Shown here piece after piece: positions 54,167-64,000 of a stretch of 64,000 bases of DNA. The DNA lies in the NCBI GenBank assembly GCA_964016885.1, contig OZ024743.1:219852001-219916000 (forward strand), read 5' to 3'. Every line of letters starts with the position of its first letter. The first letter of the stretch is position 1. The notes beneath the pieces were generated by a model. That model had not been told where the DNA came from, did not search any database, and saw nothing but the letters and a program-made list of their open reading frames with translations. The DNA comes from Eledone cirrhosa (Eukaryota). The position numbers and the translations under genes were made by a program.

Positions 54167-55009
54167 ATATATATATATATCTATATACACGATGGTCTGC
54201 AGTTTTTGTCTACCAAATTCCACTAACAGGGCATTGCTTAACTTGGAGCTATAGTAGATGATTGAACCCAGAACTATGTGACTGAGAAGTGAACTCCTGT
54301 ACCACATATCTATGTCACACACGCATACACACACATTTATATGTACTGTACCTTCGATTTAAACGTAAAGTGTTACTCATGTTGAATAAATAAAAAAATA
54401 TGATGTAATATAGTGGATTCCTTGTAGTGACAGCTATCTTAAAATATATCAGAGTTTCATATCTTATTCCTGCTAGTTTGGTGAAATTAAGTAATGTAGG
54501 ATAGGTCCTATTAATGAACCGATCAAATCACTAGTAGCGGCTTTGAACTAATTAACTTTAAGTTTGTAGTCCAATACATTTGCCATACAATCATTTAGCG
54601 CTTCTTTTAAGTATGGAACTTAAAATATTTTGCTGTTTTTATCAGAAGAAATAGGAAATTTGACATAAATGCATTTACTAAGGGAAATTAGTAGCGTTAT
54701 TGAAATTTCTTTGCATCATTACAACTATATGTTAGTGAAGGAGACTCTATAAGGTAGACTGACTTGCCAGAAATAGCAGCCAAATCTCTCCCAAATTTCA
54801 CATTATTGCCGTAAAATGGAAAGGCCACATAACACAATGTAGTTCCCAATATATAAACATGCCTGATAATAACGACCGAATGCCTTGAGCCATAGGTCTT
54901 CTCGATCTAAATAAGCGCTGGTCTGGGGCTAAACAGCGACAAAAAACAACTGTTTGTTGGACCACATTATGACAGCTACTTACAATTGGCCACGACCTAA
55001 GTGAAACGC

Positions 55010-55230
55010 CAGTGAGACTCCGACACTTTTAATGATGTTAGTGAGAGCAGTTGAACCTCCGATTATTTTAATGACTTCAACGAGAATAGTTGAACCTCCG
55101 ATTCTTTTAATGACTGTTTGGTGAAAGCAGTTGAACATCCGATTCTTTTAGAACAGTTGAATCTCCGATGTTTTTAATGACTGTTGAGTGAAAGCAGTTG
55201 AACCTCAGATTCTTTTAATCACTGTTCAGT
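55010..55230. repeat. About 36-38 bp minisatellite, about 6 copies
   Basis: GCAGTTGAACCTCCGATTCTTTTAATGACTGTT repeated. Confidence 0.85.
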
Positions 55231-55664
55231 AATCTACGATGACAGTCAGCTACAGCTCTTTAGTGATGTAAACAGACTGCAATAGCTACACCTGCAATTA
55301 GAAACCGAGCGGGGGGATACGATATACTGGCAGTTTCTCTTTTGGTCTGCAATATATTTGTTTCCGTTTAGTTAGGAACAGTGGAAGGTGCTAAGCAGTG
55401 GGATCGAATCCAGGACCTTATGATACTGAAGCGAACCTCTTAAACATTCGGTCAAGTTTTGTCTACATCCATCCTCTAATGCTTTATGAAAAACAAAAAA
55501 AAAGAAATATTACAGCGGAATCAATAACAATTTTTGAGTGTTTTCAACGCACTTTAATTATAATTTCAAACTCTTTTCTTTCAAAGTCTAGTAAATAAAA
55601 TTATATTCCATTTTTCACTTTATATATATCTATATATATATATCTATATATATATCTATATCTA

Positions 55665-55704
<40 letters not shown>

Positions 55705-56188
55705 TATATAGATATTTATATGTATTTATAATTAATTTTAAAATTAAAAAGCATCAAACAAACAAACAAACAAACAAAGAAAAAAAAAAGATTTTAGTTT
55801 GTCACGTGACACCAGTCCAACATTTTCAAATCAATTCCGTTTTTTTTTTGCAACAAATTCTTTTTGCTTAGGAATAATGTACTTTTTTTTTGTCTTTTGT
55901 TATTTTTTATTATAAAATTTCGTATCCATATGATTTTATATTTTTTGTTGTTTTCTCTAACTTTACAGTTTTTATTTGTCAGTCAGCTAATCATTCTTTC
56001 ATTGATATCTTCTCGTCTTTTGTTTTGTTGATTTTTAGAAAAAACATTTTAAAGCTTTAGGAGCTTTCAGCTGCCAATAATTACAAAGGTAGGCTTTTAT
56101 TGTTTATTATAGATATCCATTGCAATATCTTTTACACATTAAAAAAAAAACTGTTATCTTTGTATTACCTTCCTGATGTAACCTCCTC

Positions 56189-56239
<51 letters not shown>

Positions 56240-56244
56240 TATAT

Positions 56245-56325
<81 letters not shown>

Positions 56326-56444
56326 CATCATCGTCGTAGTCATCATCATCATTTAATGTCTATTTCCAGGCTTGCATGGATTAGACGGGTTGTCACGTTA
56401 TGAGATTAGATAAGTCCGGAGACCACGTCTTTCTCATACGGATC

Positions 56445-56507
56445 TGTACATACACACACACACACACAGACACACACATATATATATATATATATATATT
56501 TATATAC

Positions 56508-56558
<51 letters not shown>

Positions 56559-56565
56559 GTACATA

Positions 56566-56616
<51 letters not shown>

Positions 56617-56660
56617 TATATATATATTTATATATACATTATATATATATATATATACAT

Positions 56661-56692
<32 letters not shown>

Positions 56693-56695
56693 CAT

Positions 56696-56727
<32 letters not shown>

Positions 56728-56856
56728 CATTATATATATATATATTTATATATACATTATATATATTTATATATATTTATATATACATTATATATATATA
56801 TATATATATAAATATTTATATATACATTATATATATATATATATTTATATATACAT

Positions 56857-56887
<31 letters not shown>

Positions 56888-56896
56888 TATATATAC

Positions 56897-56929
<33 letters not shown>

Positions 56930-56939
56930 ATATATACAT

Positions 56940-56971
<32 letters not shown>

Positions 56972-56972
56972 C

Positions 56973-57016
<44 letters not shown>

Positions 57017-57019
57017 CAT

Positions 57020-57051
<32 letters not shown>

Positions 57052-57052
57052 C

Positions 57053-57134
<82 letters not shown>

Positions 57135-57135
57135 T

Positions 57136-57195
<60 letters not shown>

Positions 57196-57235
57196 GTACA
57201 TACACACATATATATATATATATATATACGTACAT

Positions 57236-57272
<37 letters not shown>
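56445..57272. repeat. Long (TA)n array punctuated by TACATTAT/TATTTATA
   Basis: Direct inspection. Confidence 0.95.
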
Positions 57273-57276
<4 letters not shown>

Positions 57277-57549
57277 AGATAGTATCCGCAATAGAAAAAC
57301 CAGTGGAAAAAATGTTTCTTTCTGACTATCGGTTCTTTTCCATTTTTTTCCATTCACCTTCACAAGTAGTTATAACATTTTATGTAATTGCATCTATAAA
57401 TGATATCTAATGTCATTCCTTTCAGTGGTTCAATAAAAGAAATGATTATTCTTATTATCATTAGTGTTGTTGTCATCAAGTGAAGTCACTGCATTACCGA
57501 ACACTGCTGTGTGTGCTAAGGGTATGTGGTGTTTTATGGCTTTAGTATT

Positions 57550-57641
<92 letters not shown>

Positions 57642-57709
57642 ATTTCAAGTGAAGTCATTCTTTTCCTTTTTCAAATACATTTAACTGTACCAAGGATTTT
57701 ACACATTTT

Positions 57710-57782
<73 letters not shown>

Positions 57783-59054
57783 ATGTGTGTGTGTGCGCGT
57801 GTGTGCATGTGAATGTGTAGACATTAAACTAAAGTTTTTTTTTGTAAATTTCAATAACTTTTGGCTTGTATTTGCTAGCGTTCTGCTAGAATGAGGTAAA
57901 CATATGTATCTGTCAGAATAAACCAATGTCAATGGTCTAACTACCAAAGAAGTAATACAAGATTATTTGGAATGTTTATATCTTCAGAAAATTTATATAT
58001 TTGATTGCTTAAAAGCAAACTTTGCTCAATTATATCAGAGATAACAAAGGAGATATGTATTTCTCTTGATCACCCTATCACACTTTAGATGAAGCATTTA
58101 TATCAGGTTCAGTGAAAAAAATATATACTGAAGTGAGTTTCTGCTCACTTCTTCGAATTTTAGGAGGAATTAAACTCACTACTGTCAGCTAACCAAACAC
58201 CGTGCTTTATTTGTTTATAAATATGACCCCATTTGTTTATACCATATGATCCCATTTTTAGCTAAGTAGACTGGCCAACTAGTTAAGTGGTTCATTTCGC
58301 AATTATTAGGTTCCGGAGGGTTTGATCCAACTGTATGGAAATTTGAGCCAGTTATATAATAAATGCTATTTATTATATCCTCGGGTAGACCCATGCATTG
58401 TGAGTGGAATTTGGTTGACAGAAACTGTGTGGAAGCCCCCGTCGGACGAATTGTATCTGTAATTCAAAGGGCTAGCTTTGTCACACACTGTGCCACGATA
58501 AATATTTTCCAAGAATTGCGTTAAGGGTACACGTGTTTGTGGAACGCTCAACTACTTTCCATTAATTTCACGAGCAGTCTGTTCTGTTGACCGAACAATT
58601 GGAATACTCATTGTCGAAACCGCCGTCGGTCAATCGATTTTCGATACGAGACTGGATGAGCGATAATAAAATGCCTTATTCATAGGACTGTCATTGTGCT
58701 GGTTGTAAGACATCTTCGAATCGGCAATGGACTGATATCTCATACATACCACAACAGACTAAACAAATATATTCATCTGTTGGTTGTTTTTAATATATTC
58801 TTATTAACATTAACATGGAAACTATCCCAGTTTATCTCTACTACTCCAAGGATAGGACACAAGGTGTAACGTAGATATTTTGTACTAGAGATCCTCCCCA
58901 AGGAATCTCTTCATAGCTATGTGAACTGTGACATTGAAAATGTAAGGTTCTTGCCAGTGATACGAATCAGTGCCTGTATGAAGTGCCAAACTTTTGAAGA
59001 ATAAGCCTGGTATTTTAAAAATTAAAAAGACATGGTTATTTACTGTTCCATATA

Positions 59055-59870
59055 AATAATTGCTTCTACTTTTGGCACAAGGCCAGTAATTTGTAGGGAA
59101 AGGGAAAGTCGATTAAATCGACCCCAGTGAGTTACTGTTACTTTATTTTACCGAGCCCGTAATGATCTAAGGCAAAGCTAACCTCGGCGGGATTTGAACT
59201 CAGGACGTAAAGAGAGTTTACGTTCTGAGATGCAGCATAGAGCACCTCTATGCTGCACCGCCCATTACAATAATAATTGTTTCTATTTTAAGCACAAGGC
59301 TAGCAATTTGAAGGGGAGGGGAAAGTCGATTAGATCGACCCTAGTGCGTGACTGGTACTTTATTTTATCAACCCCGTAAGGATGAAAGGCAAAGCGAGAT
59401 TTGAAGTCAGAACGTAAAGAGACGTAGCCGAATGCCGCAAAACATTAGTCCCATGCTCGAACGATTCTGCCAATCCACGGACTTTTTTATGACAATAATT
59501 TAATAATAATGGTTTCTAATCCATGCACAAGGTTAGCAATTTGAGGGGAAGGGAAGTTAACTATCATATATGAACCCCAGCGCATGACTGTTACTTTATT
59601 TTGTTGACCTCTGAAAGGTGGAATTTGATCTCACAACAATAAGAACTTGAAAAAATACCATAATGCATTCCCCCCGATGCTCTAACAATTTCGCTAATTC
59701 AGAAAAGGCCAACAATTTGATTATATAGATCAGATACTTGACTAGTACTTTATTTGATCGTCCTCGTTAGGATCAAATGCCGAGTTGACCTGAATCGGAT
59801 TTGAAATCATAACGTAGAGAGCCGCAAGTAAATGCAGCAAAGAATTTTTTCCGTTGCTCTACCGATTATG
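59055..59870 (-). mobile_element. Cluster of about 4 SINE copies of increasing divergence (another at about 60790-61000)
   Basis: Repeated GCACAAGG..GGGAAAGTCGATT..ACTTTATTT..GATTTGAA blocks. Confidence 0.8.
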
Positions 59871-59924
59871 ATGTTTGAATTGGGAACAAAATTCTAGGTA
59901 ATTAGTGTTAAATATGTGCAATAC

Positions 59925-60440
59925 CCGTAGCAGACCGGTGAAACACCTGTAAGAATCCGGTGTCACATCTGTGGCAGACTAGTGGAAAACCTAAGGGGAA
60001 CAGGGTCACACATGAAGGGATAGGTGCCACATCTATCGTATATCAGTGCTACAGCTGTATGAGATCAGTTACACAATGGTAGGGTATCGCTATCGTACCC
60101 GTGAGAGATCGGTGCAACATCTGTAGCGGAAGGATGCAACACCTGTGAGAGATCAATGAAACAGCTGAAGCTGACCAGTGTAACACCTGTGAAAAATCGA
60201 TGCTACAGCTGTAGTAGACCGGTAGAACATCTGTAGAAAATTGGTGATATATATGTAGACGATCGCTGCAACATTTCTAGCAATATCTGTTGGAGATCTG
60301 TCCCACATCTGGTATCTTATCTGTAGAGGATTGATGCGACACTAGCAGAGTGGTGCAACTTTTGTACCAGACTGGTACAACATCTGTAACAGAATGGTGC
60401 CATACCTGTAGGAGATCTGTCCCACATATCTTATATGTTC
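59925..60440. repeat. Old, degenerate minisatellite of about 21-22 bp
   Basis: Recurring (A/C)ACA(C/T)CTGT..AGA(C/T)CGGTG motifs. Confidence 0.6.
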
Positions 60441-61293
60441 TGCCAATGTGTCCCAGAACATTATGGGGTTTACCACAATTAAGCGCAAAACTACATATTT
60501 TCGTAGGTGAGGTGTGTAGGGTGGGACTGATATTGATAAAGTCACGGATTTTAATGTATTAGGCGGGAATGTAATTGCGCAATAGGCAAACATTTTGCGA
60601 CGTAAATGAAGTGTTTTTCTAATGATGAAAAGCATAAGTTTCCATGAAACAACACTTGGATGTAGAATTGCGAGTTATTGCCGTCTCAAGAGAATATAGT
60701 AGAGTTTGTGAAGCTGTTATTACTGGGAATTGAAATTAGCTCAAGAACTCGATTCAAAGAGAATATGACATCATACTAGTATGCACGGCGTCCAGCCAAT
60801 ATGGATTTCAAATTTAGGAAAAAATGGGGAGGAGGAGGGGATGGGGATCGGCCCGATTGTTATTTTATTTTATCGATCCTGGAAGGATAAAAGGTGGAGT
60901 TGAGCTCGACGAGATTTGAATTCAGAATAAAAAGAGCCGGATCAAATGGCGTGAGGAATTTTTCCCTACGCTCTAACGATTCTGCCAATCAACTGCCTTT
61001 ATAAAAAGAATAATGATAATTATAGACTCGTGACAAGGGCAAAAGAAAACAGTAAGGGGACTTATATTGACACCCGTGTATTACTGTTATATATTCTCCA
61101 AAGTCCTCGGATGAATAAAAGGCAACTTCACACTGGCAAGAGATTTCATCTTAATATCAATGACGCGTCACATTACGATAGAGTTTCATAAAACGTCACT
61201 TTTGGATCCTCAATATAGAAGTGATAAGGATAACTATATATATATATATATATATAGTTATCCTTATCACTTCACTGTGTGTGTGTGTGTATG

Positions 61294-61340
<47 letters not shown>

Positions 61341-61380
61341 GTGTGTGTATATATATATGTACATATATATATATATATAT

Positions 61381-61463
<83 letters not shown>

Positions 61464-61517
61464 GTGTGTGAGTGTGTGTGTTATATATATATATATATAT
61501 AACATACACACACACGC

Positions 61518-61584
<67 letters not shown>

Positions 61585-61611
61585 AGAGAGAGAGAGAGTG
61601 GGCGAGAGAGA

Positions 61612-61794
61612 GGAATGACATCTACAGGACTAGAACTGTTTCTTTCGAAAGAAATCACTAGGGCTTTACTGATGATTTCTTTCGAATGAAATAGTTCCAG
61701 TCCTGTAGATGCCATTTCTACATTAAACTTGTTTACTCTCTACTAATGTATTGAGTACCGTACATACTGTGGTTACCCTCGATTGAACCCGGGA
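61612..61794 (+). mobile_element. Fold-back hammerhead element, copy 3 (ribozyme itself inverted-duplicated)
   Basis: Sense core CTGATGA 61669-75, GAAA 61688-91, GTA 61705-07. Antisense copy at 61612-61660. The 3' arm ends GATTGAACCCGGGA. Confidence 0.8.
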
Positions 61795-62437
61795 CTCTCT
61801 CTCACACACACACACATTTGCACACACGTACATGCATATGCATACATATTGCCCCCGTCAGAAAGATCAACACACTATAGGATAGTAAGCAGTGTAAAAT
61901 TACGCACTTTTAAAACATATCTTAATAACACACGCGCACACACACACGCACATATTTGTGTGTGTGTGTGTGTGCATATATGTGTCTGTGTATGCCTGTT
62001 TAAGTATGTAGCTTTAATGGGTCTTTGGTCATCGACAAAAAACATTTATGATTATACAATGTGACGTGTGTAAGTCAGCCTTGTGAATCTTATTCCCCAC
62101 CAAACTAAGGAATTTAGTTAGAGCCAAAAAAAAAAAAAAAAAAAAAAATGAAGCTGCTCAAGCAAAATCAGAACCCGTGTATTCTCGCTCAATTCGCTGG
62201 GAGCTCACCATAGCATTCTACAATATATATATATATACACGTGCTTTTTTTGTTTCTATGGATGTAGGTAGACATGTGTATTATATAGTGTATATATATA
62301 TATATATATATGTAGATATCTATCTATATATATATATATATATGTATGTATATATATATATATATTATATATATCTGCTTTATAGTGCAGTTAATTGTCA
62401 CAAGAGACGAAGTTACTCGCCACTACATTCTATATTC

Positions 62438-63375
62438 TCACCACCAGCCTGACCTTGGTTGCATGAGTGGATGAGAATAACTGGGCAGTACACTCATGCC
62501 TACGTTAAGATTCACAGAGTTCATACTATAGGAACAGTTCATGTTCATCGAAGAAGACGCCAGCGTTGACGCCATGTTGGCCATGGAGTTCATCGGTGGC
62601 ATTGAGTTAATCTGGTTGTGAGCAGAAAGGCTACTGTTTATGCTAGAGTTTACTGAGGCGCCCAAGTTGTGTTGTAACGAGAGCTGATCCTGTGCCTTTA
62701 CAAGAGATCCGTTCACCGTTGACTGACACGGTTTTCCGTCTCGTACCAACACGGGAACAGCTACACGTCTTGGCGATGGTAGAGGATTCAGTTCTATGCC
62801 TTTCTCCTGACGGGCGCGTTTCAATTTGTAACGGTGATTTTGAAACCAGATTTTCACTTGAGTCGGCGTCAGACGAATTATGCTAGCGAGATGCTCACGT
62901 TCCGGGGCGGAGAGATAGCGTTGCTGGCGGAAGCGACGCTCCAGCTCATAAGTCTGGGCTTTAGAAAATAACACCCGACGTTTGCGCTTTTTCTGAGAAT
63001 CGCTACCGCCTCCACCACCACCTCCTCCACTGCTTCCGTTGCTTCCCCCCACTCCTGAGCCGACTCCGCCACCTCCTGCTTCTCCGGATGAATGAAGAAC
63101 AAAATTTTCGACCGTTTTGCCACAGTCCGGGTTTGTTATATCAAGTACGGACGATTCGTCGTCGCCTAAATTGGAACGGTTACCGAGAGGTATGCTGCTG
63201 TTATTGGAACAGCTGCTGTTGATGCTGCTGTTGCTGTTGCTGCTATGGTGTAGAGGATGTGTTCGCTGAAACAAGGGTTTTATATCACTTAGTGATACGA
63301 CTCCTTTTGGATCAGTCGGTCCTTTATCGCTGGATGAACTGCTAGCGTTGGTTGCATGCTTCAACTGATCCAAAC
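62438..63375 (-). CDS. NKX2-2: NK2.2/vnd-type homeobox transcription factor, last coding exon
   Basis: Homeodomain [58 protein letters not shown] (Tyr54); NK2-[22 protein letters not shown]; terminal Trp. Acceptor TTTATTTCTTTGCAG|GT at 63376/63375 (phase 1). Confidence 0.95.
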
Positions 63376-63439
63376 CTGCAAAGAAATAAATGGAGGTTAA
63401 TGAGTGATATACAATAATGTATTTGAGCTCGTTATAATA

Positions 63440-63657
63440 GTGATTTCTAGTATAGGCACAAGGCCAGTAATTTGGGGCGAAAGGGAAAGTCGATTAAATC
63501 GACCCCAGTGCATTACTGGTGCTTTATTTTATCGACCCCGTAAGGATGAAAGGCAAAGCTAACCTCAGCGGGATTTGAACTCAGAACTGAAAGGGCCGTA
63601 ACTCTATACAGCAAAGCATATTTACCGACGCTCTACCTATACTGCCAATCCACCGCT
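63440..63657 (-). mobile_element. Full-length SINE in the NK2.2 intron
   Basis: Reverse complement of the 43722 family with A and B boxes. Confidence 0.9.
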
Positions 63658-63658
63658 C

Positions 63659-63712
<54 letters not shown>

Positions 63713-63716
63713 TAAT

Positions 63717-64000
63717 AGGCCTGACCTGGTGGTTTTGGACAAGGAAAAAAAGATTGTGTCTGATTGTAGATGTAACCTGCCCATTTGACACGAGAGTGCA
63801 AGAAAAGGAGAGGGAGAAAATTAACCGATACCAGGATTTAAAGTGGGAGTTAAAAAGGATTTGGAACTGCCATGAAATCAAGGTCGTCCCGATTGTCATA
63901 GGCGCACCAGGTACTATCTCAAAGAGTTTCCAAGGATGGTTAAAGAAGATTAGTCCAGCCCCGCTTTTTGGAACACTTCAAAAGGCATGCTTGCTGGGAA
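63717..64000 (+). mobile_element. 5'-truncated R4/Dong-clade retrotransposon (restriction-like endonuclease domain) next to (TAA)n
   Basis: Reads RPDLVVLDKEKRLCLIVDVTCPFDTRVQEKEREKINRYQDLKWELKRIW..VVPIVIGAPGTI..LQKACLLG directly after (TAA)n at 63659-63716. Not listed in the ORF track. Confidence 0.88.

Noticed and set aside
55740-56170. Distal NK2.2 3'UTR or poly(A) site
   Set aside because: Only AT-richness and common AATAAA hexamers, 6 kb from the stop; unsupported without RNA data.

Overview
Repeat-saturated, microsatellite-rich animal genomic DNA. The SINE, LINE and microsatellite make-up suggests a cephalopod such as Octopus; this is inference, not proof. The only clear host gene is the terminal coding exon of an NK2.2/vnd-type homeobox gene (minus strand, 62438-63375), whose first exon lies outside the window. 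The rest comprises: a 5.7-kb 23-bp satellite; two closely related RTE-clade LINEs with C-terminal C2H2 fingers; two short 5'+3' bipartite RTE derivatives; two near full-length and two truncated Tx1/L1-clade elements; a Dong/R4-type fragment; many tRNA-derived SINEs; hAT- and mariner-type MITEs; and several minisatellites. Three signals stand out. (1) A dispersed family of short fold-back elements and several other loci carry type I hammerhead ribozyme cores, consistent with Penelope-like pLTRs or retrozymes, usually in (TA)n tracts. (2) Retroelement families appear to partition microsatellite targets: (CTAT)n, (ATT)n, (TAA)n, (TATG)n and (TA)n. (3) The satellite monomer appears to derive from the SINE head. 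All comparisons were made by eye; no database search was run.
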